Below, piece after piece: positions 38,901 to 48,705 of a stretch of 64,000 bases of DNA. The position numbers and the translations under genes were made by a program. Below the pieces are notes generated by a model. The model was not told the origin of the DNA. It made no database searches and saw nothing but the letters and a program-made list of their open reading frames with translations. The first letter of the stretch is position 1; every line of letters begins with the position of its first letter. The stretch spans positions 160,001 through 224,000 of the forward strand of contig CAXXXF010000004.1 of NCBI GenBank assembly GCA_963667175.2. Reading direction: 5' to 3'. Source of the stretch: Candidatus Latescibacterota bacterium. Lineage in GTDB: Bacteria > Latescibacterota > UBA2968 > GCA-2709665.

Positions 38901-41900
38901 GCCAGCGGGGAGGTCGCGTTCGATACGGAGGTGTTTCCCTCGGACCCGGCCTGGCTGGAGGACCACCGGGTGTTCGACCGGCTCGTGGCGCCGGGCGCGC
39001 TCTACGGGGCCATGGCGGTATCGGCTACCTTCTCGGACGGCGACGGAACGGACGCGCTGGAGGACGTTCAACTCCACAACCCGTTGATCTTCGCGGATGA
39101 GGACGACGGCGACGGGGCCGGTGAACGGGGCAGGAAAATGCAGGTCCTGATCGACGACTCCGGCGATGCGCAACGAATTCGAATACTGAGCAGGGGAGAC
39201 TCCGGAGACGATTGGACGCTTCACGCGGAGGGCCGGCTGTCGCCCGACGCCGGCGGTCCGCGTGCGGAGGCGCCGCCCGATCTGGAGGGACTCAAAACCG
39301 GCCTGTCACCGCAGGACGTGCCCGCCATCTACCGGGCCAAGGCCGGGGTAGGGATCGACCATGGGCCGTCGTTCCGCACACTGGAAGCGGTCTGGTCCGG
39401 GGCGGGCGAGGCGTTTGGCGAGGTGGCGCTGCCGGCTGGAATCGACCCCGGTGGGATCGAAATCCATCCGCTCCTGCTCGACGGTTGTTTCCAGGTTATG
39501 GCAGCGGCGCGCGAACCGGCGGGGACCTGGGAAGGGGTCACCTATCTGCCGTTCGGATGGGAACGGCTCTGGCTCGCGGGGCCGCTCCCGGAGCGGGTTG
39601 TCTGCCACGCGCGCATGTCCGCAGACTCGCGCACCCCGTCGCCGGATACGGAGTCCGAGCCGCCGGAGGTCCTTACCGGAGACCTCCGGATCTACGACCC
39701 GAGCGGTACCCTGCTGTGCGAGTTGGATGGATACACGGTGAAGCGGGCGACCCGTGAGGCGCTGCTCTCGGCCGTGGAAGGACTTGACGAACTCCTGTAC
39801 GAGGTGGTGTGGCGGGACGGTGTCCTCTCGCCTGGAATGCCGTCCGCCGATTTTCTGCCAGGCCCTTCGTCAGTGGCGCCCCGCTCGAAGCCATTCTCAC
39901 GGTACCTGGCCGCGGAAGGCGTCGTCGTCGAAGACGAGGCCGCCCTGCAAGCCGACCTGGAGCGGTTGTCGTGGGCTTACGCGCTTTCGGCCCTGGAAAA
40001 GCTGGGTTGGCAGCGCAGGACGGGCGCCGACGTGGACCCGGACAGCCTGCGGCAGGACCTGGAGGTTCTGCCGGAACACTCCCGGCTGTTCCGCCGGATC
40101 CTCGAAATACTGGCCAGATCGGGCGTGCTGGAGGCGGCGGGCGAGGGCTTCGTGGTGGCGGTCGGGGCGGAAGATGCGTTGCCGGAAGAGTTGCCGCATG
40201 ACTCCGATGAGCACGCGACCGCCATGAACGGACGTTACCCGCACGGCACGAATGAGATCGGGCTCATCAGGCGATGCGCCGGGGCCCTCGCGGAGGTGCT
40301 GCGCGGCCGCGAGGATCCGCTGTCGCTGTTGTTTGGCGACGCGGAACCGCAGGCTGCCGATCTCTACCGCAGGGCGCAGGTGTGGCGAGCGGCGAATCGG
40401 ATGCTGGGAGAGGTGGTGCAGACCCTCGCGGCCGGGCTGCCGGAAGGGCGGCGGCTCCGGGTGCTCGAGGTCGGCGCGGGCATCGGGTCGGCGACCGAGT
40501 GCGTCCTGCCCGGGCTGCCGGCCGGGCGGTTCAATTATACCTACACCGACATCTCCGCGGGCTTCTTCGCCGACGCGGAAGCTCGTTTCGACCAGGCGGA
40601 TGCGCCCATGGAATACCGCGTCCTCGATATTGAGAAGGAGCCGGCGGCTCAGGGCTATGAGGCCCACGCGTATGACCTGGTAATTGCCGCCAACGTGCTG
40701 CACGCGACGCAGTATCTCGACGAGACACTGGGACACTGCCGGGAGCTTCTGGCGCCGTCGGGACAGCTTGTGGCGCTGGAGAACCAGCGCGGCAGAGACT
40801 GGATGGACCTGATATTCGGACAACTGGACGGCTGGTGGCGATTCGCCGATCGGTACCGTTCGGACCACGCCCTGGCGGGGCCGGACGTGTGGCGGCGAGC
40901 GCTCGGCGACGCGGGTTTCGGCGAGGTCGAGATCCTTGGCGTTGACGAGTCCGAGTCGGCCGGGTTGCCCGACCGGGGCGTGATCGTGGCGCAGGGACCG
41001 GCGGAGGTCCTCCTCCCGCCGGCCGCATGGGTTCTCGCAGGGGACCGGGGCGGCGTCGCGACGGAACTGGCGGCCCAGCTCGCAGCGCGGAACCAGACGG
41101 TTGTGCTGGCGGGCGCGGAATCGACGGAAACGGCGGGACCCGGCCACGGAGCGAACGGCGTCGTCAGAAGCGCCGTGGAGATGGAACGGCGTGAGTCGTG
41201 GCGGACCCTTCTGGAGGAACTGCCCGGCGACGCGCCCCTCGGCGGTATCGTGCATCTTACGGCGCTGGACGGTCACGGGGCGGCGGCGTCCACGGAGGAA
41301 ATGGGAGAGGATGCAAGACGAGCGGCGGCCAGCGCGCTGGCGCTGACGCAGGGTGTGATCGATGCCGACCTGACCCCCACGAAAGGAGTGTGGTACGTCA
41401 CCCGGGGCGCGCAGGTCCTGGAGCGGGAGCGCGCGGGGCAGCTTGGCGGAGCGACGTTGTGGGGTTTCGGCAGGGTGGTGGCCAGGGAAGCGGCGCACCT
41501 GAATCCGAAGATGATCGATCTCGATCCCGAGGCGGCGGGATTGCCGGCCGACTTCACGGAAGAACTGCTGTTTCCCGACCCGGATACGCAAATCGCGTAT
41601 CGGACCGGTCGCCGCCAGGTGGCCCGCCTGGTTCGTACCGCGGGGCGCCTCGCACTGCCGGAGGGTTCCGACTGGCTGTTGGCCCCCTCCGTAGGCGGCA
41701 CGCTCCAGGAGCTCCAGGTCCAGCCGTTGCCGGCGCGTTCCCTGGAGCCAGGGGAAGTTCGCGTCGCGGTCGAAGCTCGCGGGCTGAACTTCCTCGACGT
41801 GTTCCGGGGCATGGGCCTGGTCGGTGAAGGCCTGATGGGCGAGGAGATGTGCGGCCGGATCGTAGAGGTCGGTTCCGGAACCTCAACGGTCTCCGCCGGC

Positions 41901-44900
41901 GACCGTGTGGTCGGCCTGGCATTCGGCACATTCGGACCGGAAGTGGTGACGAGGGAGGAACTGGTGGCGCTCACGCCCGCGGGGATTCCGGTCGCAGCCC
42001 TCGCCACAATGCCCACCGTGTTCGTGACCACCGCGTTGTCTTTCGAAATTGCAGACCTGAAGGCGGGCGAGCGGGTACTGATCCACGCCGCCGCGGGTGG
42101 CGTGGGGCTCGCGGCCGTCCAATTGGCGAAGGCCGCCGGCGCGGAGATATTCGCCACCGCGAGCGCGTCCAAGCAGGCGTATCTCCGATCGCTCGGCGTG
42201 ACGCACGTTTTCGACAGCCGCACGACGAACTTCGGCGGGGAGATCCTGGAGGTCACGGACGGCGCGGGTGTGGACGTGGTGCTGAACAGCCTTACCGGTG
42301 AGGGTTTCATCAAGGCGAGTCTGTCCTGCCTCAGGCACGGCGGTCGATTCGTGGAGCTTGCAAGGCGCGATATTCTGAGCGAGGAGGAAATGGCCGCAGC
42401 GCGTCCGGACGTCGCATACGCCATCCTGGAGCTGGACGTCCTCAAGAAGCAGGATCCGGCGCGGCCTGGAGCGGCGCTCCGGAACGTAATGGAGCGGCTG
42501 GGGGCGGGAGAACTGAAGCCCCTGATTCACAGCCGGTGGCCGCTGGCCGAGGCCGGAGCCGCGATGGAGTTCATGCGCGACGCCAGGCACATTGGGAAGA
42601 TCGTACTGACCGGGCCATCGCTCGTTGATGGCCGGCTGCGTCAGGACCGGACCTACCTGGTGACCGGAGGCCTGGGTGGAATCGGGTGCGCCCTGGCCGG
42701 CTGGCTGGCGGAGCGGGGTGCGGGGGCCATCGTATTGAACGGCCGGCGGGCGCCGGACCCGGAAGCCGAGGAAACGATCACAGCGCTCCGGGAACGCGGC
42801 GTTACGGTGCGGGTGGAGTTGGCCGACGTGACGGATGCCCACGCGGTGGACGCAATGTTCGAGCGGATCAAGGGGGAACTGCCGCCGCTTGGAGGCGTAA
42901 TCCACAGCGTGGGTGTGCTGTCGGATGCTTCGCTTGCGAATCAGAGCTGGGAGCGGTTCGAGCACGTTCTCCGCCCGAAGGTCCTTGGCGCCTGGCATCT
43001 GCACCGGTCTACCGCCGACTGCGAACTGGACCTCTTCGTCCTGTTCTCGAGCGTGGCCGGGATTCTGGGCAATCCGGGCCAGGCGAACCACGCGGCGGCC
43101 AACACGTTCCTCGATCAACTCGCCGCCCACCGGCGCGCGCTTGGGCTTCCCGGCCAGGCCATCGCCTGGGGCGCCTGGTCCGGACTCGGCGAGGCCGAGG
43201 AGCAGCGGGAGCGGATTGCCCGCAGGCGCGAGGCGGCCGGAACCGGCTGGTTCAGCCCGGAACAAGGCCTCAGGGTGTTCGACCGGCTGCTGCGCGAAGA
43301 TCCCACGACTTCGGTCGTTCTGGCGGCGGACTGGTCCGTGTTTGGTGAGGCCATCGAGGGCCGCCCGTCCCTGTTCGAAGACCTGCTGCCAGCGGCCGAG
43401 GATGCTTCCGCGGACGCTCCAGACACGTCGGAAGACCTGCTTTCCACGCTGGAAGTCACGCCGGCGGCGGGGCGCGAAGAATTGCTCGTATCCTTCCTGC
43501 AGCAGGAAGTTCAAGCCGTGTTGAGGCTGCCGGCGGCGCCCGCGCCCGCGGTGGGCTTCTTCGATCTGGGGATCGACTCGCTGATGGCGGTGGAACTCCG
43601 GAACCGGCTGAATCGGGCTTTTGCCGGGAATTACGTAGCGCCCAACACCCTGGTATTCGACTACCCGGACATCGCCAGCCTCGCCGGACACCTTGTCGGG
43701 GAACTGGGTGAGATCGAGAGCGCGCCAGCGCCTGTCCCTGAGCCGCAACCTGAGCCTGAGCGCGCGCCGACCTCTCCACGCGAGGGAAACGGCGTCGCAA
43801 TCGTCGGTATGGCGTGCAGATTCCCGGGCGCTTCAAACGTCATGGAATTCTGGAAGCAACTGGAAGCCGGCGCGAACGCGCTGACGGACGGACGATGGAA
43901 TTCCGGAACCACGGGCAGCTGCCCCGAAGAACTCACCGGTGAATTCAGAGCGTATCGCAGCGGCGGATTTGTGGATGGGATCGATCGGTTTGACGCGCGT
44001 TTCTTCCGGATTGCGCCCATCGAGGCGCGCACGATGGACCCTCAGCAGAGAATGCTGCTGGAGACGAGTTGGCAGGCACTCGAGGATGCCGGCATCGATC
44101 CTGGCGGATTGAGGGGAAGCCGTACAGGGGTATATGCCGGCATCGCCGCCAGCGAATACAGGGACCTGATGGCCTCCGGCAACCACGATATCAGTTACCT
44201 GGGTACCTCGGCCAGCATGACCGTCGGACGAGTCGCCTTCGTGCTGGGTCTGGAGGGCCCGGCGATACCCGTGGAGTTGAACTGTGCTTCGTCGCTGGTG
44301 GCCTTGCACCAGGCTGTGACGGGATTGCGGGAGGGCGAAGTCGACCTCGCCCTGGTTGGCGGCGTGAACGCGGTCCTGTCGCCGAGGTTGACCAGAGAGA
44401 TGGCGGAATTGGGGATGTTGTCGCCGGAGGGGCAGTGTAAAGCCTTCGATGGTTCCGCGAACGGCTTCGTTCGGGGCGACGGTTGCGGGATGGTCGTCCT
44501 GAAGCGGCTGGCGGATGCGGAAGCGGACGGCGACCGCATCTGGGGCGTGATCCGAGGCTCGGCTGTCAATCAGAACGGCGCTGCGGCCGGCCCGACCGTT
44601 CCGAACGGTCCCGCGCAGGAACGCCTGATCGAGGCGGCGCTGGCAAGAGCAGGCATCGCCCCGTCTGACGTGGACTACCTGGAGACCCACGGCGCCGGAT
44701 CCGCCATGGGCGATTCCATTGAGTTGCAGGCAGCGGCGGCGGTGTACGGCCGGGAACGCGAAGCGGACCGTCCTCTGCTGATCGGTTCCGTGAAGACCAA
44801 CGTCGGGCACCTGGAGACGGTTGCCGGGATTGCCGGCCTGATCAAGACGGTGCTGGCGATGAAGCATGGGATGATTCCCAGGCATTTGCACTTCCGGGAT

Positions 44901-46277
44901 CCCAACCCGAACCTGGATTGGAGCCAGCTCCCTGTACGCGTGACATCCGAGGCAACGGGCTGGCCCCATCGCCCCGACAGACCGTCCAGGGCGGGAGTTA
45001 GCGCATTCGGGATATCGGGATCGAATGCCCACGTGGTCGTGGAGGGATATGGAAAACCGGCCGTCGGCAGTCCGGAATCGGGACTCCTTTCTGCCGGGTC
45101 CGCTCAACAGGTATCCATTTCGTTGCCGGAGACGGTCGCGGACCTGCCGCTGCCGGAGGATGGGCAGTTGCAGAAGCGGGAGGCCCGGTTCCTGCCCTTA
45201 TCCGGGAAGGCCGAAGGAGCGATCCGGGAGCTTGCGGCGCGCTACGCGGCCTGGTTGGACGAACATGATGGGGAGACGTCTTCCCACGCAGCTCAAGCGG
45301 ACATGCTCGCCGACATGGCCTGGACCGCAGGGGTGGGCAGGAGTCATTTCGCCTACAGGGCGGGTGTGGCTTTCAACGACGTCGCGTCGTTGCGTGAAGG
45401 ATTGAAGACAGTGGCGGAGGAGGAGGAAGGGTTGGTACCCGTGAAGGCCACGAAGGTGGCGTTCGCCTACGCCGGGAAGGACAGTCACCAGGCAGGCATG
45501 GGCCGTTCGCTGTACGAAACGGAACCCGTCGTACGTGCGATTCTGGATCGCTGCAACGAGGTTTTTCGCGAAATGCGAGGCGCCTCGCTGTTGGAGGTCA
45601 TGTTCAGGCCCGCGGAATCAGACGGCGCCGTACAGGACCCTGCCTGGCAGCAGCCGGCGATCTACACGTTGCATTGCGCGCTTACGGAATTGTGGTCCAG
45701 TGTGGGTATCCGACCGAACGTGGTCGTTGGACGTGACCTTGGAGAACTCGCGGCAGCCAGGGCGGCGGGGATATTCAGTCTGGAGGAGGGATTGCGAATT
45801 GCGGCTTCCCTGGGCGGGGAAGCGCCTTTGGAGAAAATCGCGGCTGCGCATCCGTCGATCGACGTGATAAGCGGCGCCACGGGGCGTTCTGTCGAACCGG
45901 ACGACGCCCTCGAGGGCGAGTACTGGCGCCGCAAGGCGAACGAACCGGCGAGACTGGACCGTTGTTTCGAAACCCTGGTCGAAACCGGGGTCAACGTCGT
46001 GATCGAGATCGGGCCGGATGCTGTAACCGGCGCCGATTCAGCAGGGGCGTGGCCGAAGTCCGCGAATGGCGGGGAGGCGCCGGTTGTGCTTTCCAGCATG
46101 CCGCGGCCATCCGGTGACGATGCGGGGGCGTGCTGCGACCGATTTATCGAGACGGTCGCGGGCGCTTACGAGACGGGGCTGGCGATTTCCTTCGAGGGCC
46201 TTTTCGCGGGAGAAAACCGGCGACGCATTGCCCTGCCGCTCTACCCCTTCCAGCGCAGGCGCCACTGGTTCCAATGA
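35991..46277 (+). CDS. supA: SupA-type type I PKS: KS-AT-DH-MT-ER-KR-ACP-KS-AT(inactive)
   Basis: KS DTACSSS/HGTGT, AT GHSFG/NAFHS, DH HRVFDRLVAP, MT LEVGAGIG, ER IHAAAGGVG, KR GGLGGIG, ACP GIDSL, KS2 LNCASS, AT2 GRDLG. Architecture matches sponge-symbiont SupA. Confidence 0.92.
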   Translation: MVAYGQVESSGNLNDDRAKSGSSQPIAIVGMACRFPGAPDVASFWQLLEAGENAVSEGVPGSGDGRIGELFPDADIQSEACRFGAYLDRIDLFDAAFFRISPVEAQLLDPQQRLMLETSWKAIEDAGMDPDRLKGSRTGVYAGISNHDYRSLILGGTEITEPAASLYAVSGTSFNTAIGRVAFALGLEGPAMALDTACSSSLVAIHQAVSGLQRGEADLALSGGVHLIVSGRLSELRGKAGMLAPDGQCKTFDAAANGYVRGEGCGIVVLKRLREAEADGDRIWGVIRGSAVNQDGASPGLTVPNGASQERVIGEALSDAGLTPSEVDYLEAHGTGTTVGDPIELEAAAAAYGNGRAADRPLLIGSVKTNIGHLEPAAGVAALIKVALAMKHGVIPRHLNFREPNPALDWDRMPLRVTAEQTAWPRRPERLPTAGISGFGWSGTNAHLVVEAYHTEAEGQAGAERRQWPSGTRMRVAVTLPGQTAGPATGTETPADREARFLPLSAKSNEALRGLAGRYLDWLNERAAEPGDADEAQTMLADMAWTAGVGRSHFTHRKGIVFEDVPSLREELRALADSGAANDAPAPSRVAFLYTGQGSHWVGMGEKLYETEPVFRAVLDRCDAVMRKERGGSLLDVMFGRSGDLSNQAWTQAAIFSLECALTALWSSLGVRPHVVLGHSFGEHAAAQAAGVFELEEGVRFASARGELTAALPQGGAMAAVFADVPQVETAIDELNAASDGMGLCIAAYNGAHQVVSGLENDVTEISERFLARDVRVNRLATGNAFHSPMVDPMLDGLENVVANLDIASPSLTLVSNVTGRVLESDERMDGAYWRRHSREPVAFSRSMETLARLGVDLIIEVGPHSVLGSMATMAWPDAAGSAPPPIALSSQLRPSSRVSHAEADRAFAAAAARAYESGLSISFSGLFAGEERRRISLPGYPFQRKSHWVKATRRRPGAGHPLLGSRHESASGEVAFDTEVFPSDPAWLEDHRVFDRLVAPGALYGAMAVSATFSDGDGTDALEDVQLHNPLIFADEDDGDGAGERGRKMQVLIDDSGDAQRIRILSRGDSGDDWTLHAEGRLSPDAGGPRAEAPPDLEGLKTGLSPQDVPAIYRAKAGVGIDHGPSFRTLEAVWSGAGEAFGEVALPAGIDPGGIEIHPLLLDGCFQVMAAAREPAGTWEGVTYLPFGWERLWLAGPLPERVVCHARMSADSRTPSPDTESEPPEVLTGDLRIYDPSGTLLCELDGYTVKRATREALLSAVEGLDELLYEVVWRDGVLSPGMPSADFLPGPSSVAPRSKPFSRYLAAEGVVVEDEAALQADLERLSWAYALSALEKLGWQRRTGADVDPDSLRQDLEVLPEHSRLFRRILEILARSGVLEAAGEGFVVAVGAEDALPEELPHDSDEHATAMNGRYPHGTNEIGLIRRCAGALAEVLRGREDPLSLLFGDAEPQAADLYRRAQVWRAANRMLGEVVQTLAAGLPEGRRLRVLEVGAGIGSATECVLPGLPAGRFNYTYTDISAGFFADAEARFDQADAPMEYRVLDIEKEPAAQGYEAHAYDLVIAANVLHATQYLDETLGHCRELLAPSGQLVALENQRGRDWMDLIFGQLDGWWRFADRYRSDHALAGPDVWRRALGDAGFGEVEILGVDESESAGLPDRGVIVAQGPAEVLLPPAAWVLAGDRGGVATELAAQLAARNQTVVLAGAESTETAGPGHGANGVVRSAVEMERRESWRTLLEELPGDAPLGGIVHLTALDGHGAAASTEEMGEDARRAAASALALTQGVIDADLTPTKGVWYVTRGAQVLERERAGQLGGATLWGFGRVVAREAAHLNPKMIDLDPEAAGLPADFTEELLFPDPDTQIAYRTGRRQVARLVRTAGRLALPEGSDWLLAPSVGGTLQELQVQPLPARSLEPGEVRVAVEARGLNFLDVFRGMGLVGEGLMGEEMCGRIVEVGSGTSTVSAGDRVVGLAFGTFGPEVVTREELVALTPAGIPVAALATMPTVFVTTALSFEIADLKAGERVLIHAAAGGVGLAAVQLAKAAGAEIFATASASKQAYLRSLGVTHVFDSRTTNFGGEILEVTDGAGVDVVLNSLTGEGFIKASLSCLRHGGRFVELARRDILSEEEMAAARPDVAYAILELDVLKKQDPARPGAALRNVMERLGAGELKPLIHSRWPLAEAGAAMEFMRDARHIGKIVLTGPSLVDGRLRQDRTYLVTGGLGGIGCALAGWLAERGAGAIVLNGRRAPDPEAEETITALRERGVTVRVELADVTDAHAVDAMFERIKGELPPLGGVIHSVGVLSDASLANQSWERFEHVLRPKVLGAWHLHRSTADCELDLFVLFSSVAGILGNPGQANHAAANTFLDQLAAHRRALGLPGQAIAWGAWSGLGEAEEQRERIARRREAAGTGWFSPEQGLRVFDRLLREDPTTSVVLAADWSVFGEAIEGRPSLFEDLLPAAEDASADAPDTSEDLLSTLEVTPAAGREELLVSFLQQEVQAVLRLPAAPAPAVGFFDLGIDSLMAVELRNRLNRAFAGNYVAPNTLVFDYPDIASLAGHLVGELGEIESAPAPVPEPQPEPERAPTSPREGNGVAIVGMACRFPGASNVMEFWKQLEAGANALTDGRWNSGTTGSCPEELTGEFRAYRSGGFVDGIDRFDARFFRIAPIEARTMDPQQRMLLETSWQALEDAGIDPGGLRGSRTGVYAGIAASEYRDLMASGNHDISYLGTSASMTVGRVAFVLGLEGPAIPVELNCASSLVALHQAVTGLREGEVDLALVGGVNAVLSPRLTREMAELGMLSPEGQCKAFDGSANGFVRGDGCGMVVLKRLADAEADGDRIWGVIRGSAVNQNGAAAGPTVPNGPAQERLIEAALARAGIAPSDVDYLETHGAGSAMGDSIELQAAAAVYGREREADRPLLIGSVKTNVGHLETVAGIAGLIKTVLAMKHGMIPRHLHFRDPNPNLDWSQLPVRVTSEATGWPHRPDRPSRAGVSAFGISGSNAHVVVEGYGKPAVGSPESGLLSAGSAQQVSISLPETVADLPLPEDGQLQKREARFLPLSGKAEGAIRELAARYAAWLDEHDGETSSHAAQADMLADMAWTAGVGRSHFAYRAGVAFNDVASLREGLKTVAEEEEGLVPVKATKVAFAYAGKDSHQAGMGRSLYETEPVVRAILDRCNEVFREMRGASLLEVMFRPAESDGAVQDPAWQQPAIYTLHCALTELWSSVGIRPNVVVGRDLGELAAARAAGIFSLEEGLRIAASLGGEAPLEKIAAAHPSIDVISGATGRSVEPDDALEGEYWRRKANEPARLDRCFETLVETGVNVVIEIGPDAVTGADSAGAWPKSANGGEAPVVLSSMPRPSGDDAGACCDRFIETVAGAYETGLAISFEGLFAGENRRRIALPLYPFQRRRHWFQ

Positions 46278-46440
46278 TTGGGTCGGCAGCACCGGACGGT
46301 CCGGAACATCGTTCCGGCTGCGCTGCGGGATTTTTGTTGTTCATTCTTCTGACCCAAAAAAACGAATTGACTTGACATCAGATGATCGCTATCTTATGGG
46401 TCCGTTCAAACCATTTACCTAAAACGAAAGGATCGTGGCA

Positions 46441-46683
46441 ATGGCGTCAACTGAAGATCGTATCAGGAGTCTCATCGCGGACAATCTCGAAGTGGATGGG
46501 CAGCCGATCGCGCTGCCGGATGATTTGAACGTCAGCCTTTTGGAGGCCGGTATCTCGTCCGTGGATCTCGTCGCGTTCGCGAAACTGGTCTCGCAGGAAT
46601 TCGACGTCAAGTTTACTCTTGAAGACTGCGCGAACATCAACAGCGTGCGGGAACTGGTCAATCGCCTGGACGCCGCCGGGTGA
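46441..46683 (+). CDS. Stand-alone acyl carrier protein
   Basis: Small acidic protein with LLEAGISSVDLV, directly after the PKS. Confidence 0.85.
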   Translation: MASTEDRIRSLIADNLEVDGQPIALPDDLNVSLLEAGISSVDLVAFAKLVSQEFDVKFTLEDCANINSVRELVNRLDAAG

Positions 46684-46721
46684 GACGGTTTCTTCAAGGA
46701 GAACGTTCACAGCTCAAGGAC

Positions 46722-46748
46722 TGGCCCCGGATTCCAATCCGGGGCCAC
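46722..46748. terminator. Hairpin after the ACP gene
   Basis: TGGCCCCGGATT-CC-AATCCGGGGCCA, no U tract. Confidence 0.5.
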
Positions 46749-46832
46749 ATTGAATTTAAGGGAAATCCAGACGGCGCCGGCAGATCATGTTCTGCTGCGA
46801 TGTTTTAATTTTTCTCTGGGAAGATCTCGTAT

Positions 46833-47744
46833 TTGACCACGCACCCGGAAACTGTATGGGAAATCCCTGATCCGCAGTCCACGATCGACGTCCCCGTGGA
46901 TGGCGAAACCCGCATCACCTTGCGGCGGCATGGAAATCCCGAGGGTCCACGTCTCGTACTGAGTCATGGCAATGGTCTCGCAATCGATCTCTATTTTCCG
47001 TTCTGGTCTTTGCTTCTGGATGATTTCGACCTGATTGTCTACGACCTGAGGAACCATGGCTGGAACGCGGTGAGTTCTCTTCACGAGCATAGCGTTCCCA
47101 CGTTTGTCAATGACCACGACCGAATTCTGGAAGCAATCGACCTGCACTTCGGGAAGAAACCGAAAATGGGCGTATTTCATTCTGTTTCGGCCCTGATCGC
47201 GTTACTCTCGCCCGCCAGGGGCGCTGGATTCGGCGCCTGCGTTCTGTTCGATCCCCCGTTGTGCCGGCACGGCGACAGTTACGAAGAATTCGACGCCGTG
47301 GCTGAACGGGTGGCAGCAATGACCCGGAGGCGCGCGAATCGCTTCGAGACGCGGCAGGAATTTTCGGAGGTTCTTCCCTACCTGCCTACGTTTCAGCGCG
47401 TGGTGCCGGGTGTTTTCGAGCTTGTCGCAAGAACGACACTTCGCAAATCCGAAAACGGGCAGGTCTACGAACTTCGGTGCCCCCGTGAATACGAAGCACA
47501 GATCGTCGACTATGCAGCCACGTTTGCCGTGCTGGTGGACTTTCCGAAATTCCAGTGCCCGATAAAGGTCATTGGCGCCGATCCTACGTTACCCTATTCA
47601 TATCTGCCGACGCTCGACCTCAGCGACATCGTCACCGTCGACTACGATTTCCTACCTGAAACGACCCACCTCCTGCAATTGGAACAGCCCGCGGAGTGCG
47701 TCGAGGCGATGAGGGAATTCCTCGACAATCATTCGCTCATCTGA
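46833..47744 (+). CDS. Alpha/beta hydrolase (sup-cluster associated)
   Basis: SHGNG, YDLRNHG, nucleophile elbow FHSVSA, THLLQLEQP. Confidence 0.88.
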   Translation: MTTHPETVWEIPDPQSTIDVPVDGETRITLRRHGNPEGPRLVLSHGNGLAIDLYFPFWSLLLDDFDLIVYDLRNHGWNAVSSLHEHSVPTFVNDHDRILEAIDLHFGKKPKMGVFHSVSALIALLSPARGAGFGACVLFDPPLCRHGDSYEEFDAVAERVAAMTRRRANRFETRQEFSEVLPYLPTFQRVVPGVFELVARTTLRKSENGQVYELRCPREYEAQIVDYAATFAVLVDFPKFQCPIKVIGADPTLPYSYLPTLDLSDIVTVDYDFLPETTHLLQLEQPAECVEAMREFLDNHSLI

Positions 47745-47889
47745 TTCCATGGCGTTCCGCATTCGCCCCGCTTGCACGACTTGCCTGCCGTTGTTGTTCG
47801 TTGCCGGCTTCCTCGTTTGCTCGCCTGCTTCCTCGATAGCGCGGGAAAGGGTCGAAGACTGCGAGAAGTCGCGGGAGACGCCGCAATGA

Positions 47890-48594
47890 GTGCCTGAATG
47901 GGAGCGGATTGTGAAACTGATCGTTACGAACGACGACGGCATTGAAGCGGACGGCATAAATGCGCTGGTTGGACTGGCGTCTCGGTGGGGTGAGGTCGTC
48001 GTTGTCGCGCCCGCGGCGCCGCAGTCCGGCGTTGGACACCGATTGACAACCGACAGACCCATTCGTGTGGATAGACAGACTGAAGACCGGTTCAGAGTAT
48101 GGGGTACGCCCGCCGACTGTGCGCGCCTGGCCCTGAGCCAGCTGGCGTCCGACGCAGACTGGTTGCTCTCAGGCATCAACAACGGAAGCAATCTTGGCGT
48201 GGACGTCTACGATTCCGGGACCGTAGCCGCCGCCCGGGAAGCGGCGATTCTCGGATACAAAGCCATCGCCCTGTCACAATATAGAGCGAAAGACCGGTCC
48301 ATAGACTGGCCGCTTGCAGCGGACCGGCTCCGGCCCCTTCTTGAGAGAGTACTTAGCCGAACGCTCCAAGCGGGGTGTTTTCTCAACGTGAATCTGCCCC
48401 ACCCTGAACACGAAAGGGTGGGTCTGGAAACCCGATCGACTCCCGTCGACAAGAGCCCCCAGGCCATCTCGTTCAAGCGAAGCGGCAGCGATTATCACTA
48501 TACCGGCGTCTATCAGGAGCGCCCGAGACAACACGGAAGCGACGTTGACGCCTGTTTCAATGGCCGCATTTCGCTTTCCAGGATCCCCATTTGA
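47890..48594 (+). CDS. surE: 5'/3'-nucleotidase SurE
   Basis: VTNDDGI, VAPAAPQSG, GTPADC, SGINNGSNLG, SGTVAAARE, LNVNLP. Confidence 0.95.
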   Translation: MPEWERIVKLIVTNDDGIEADGINALVGLASRWGEVVVVAPAAPQSGVGHRLTTDRPIRVDRQTEDRFRVWGTPADCARLALSQLASDADWLLSGINNGSNLGVDVYDSGTVAAAREAAILGYKAIALSQYRAKDRSIDWPLAADRLRPLLERVLSRTLQAGCFLNVNLPHPEHERVGLETRSTPVDKSPQAISFKRSGSDYHYTGVYQERPRQHGSDVDACFNGRISLSRIPI

Positions 48595-48705
48595 ATATAC
48601 GTGACCACGGTCCCGCCCTGAAACCGACCGGGCGGGCGCAGCCGCGCTGCTGGAGGAATACCGGGCGCATTTCGACCCATAAAGGGGTTCGGTCCTTTTA
48701 CTCAC

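Noticed and set aside
39897-45107. Long minus-strand ORFs (564, 621, 424 aa)
   Set aside because: Antisense shadows of the PKS.
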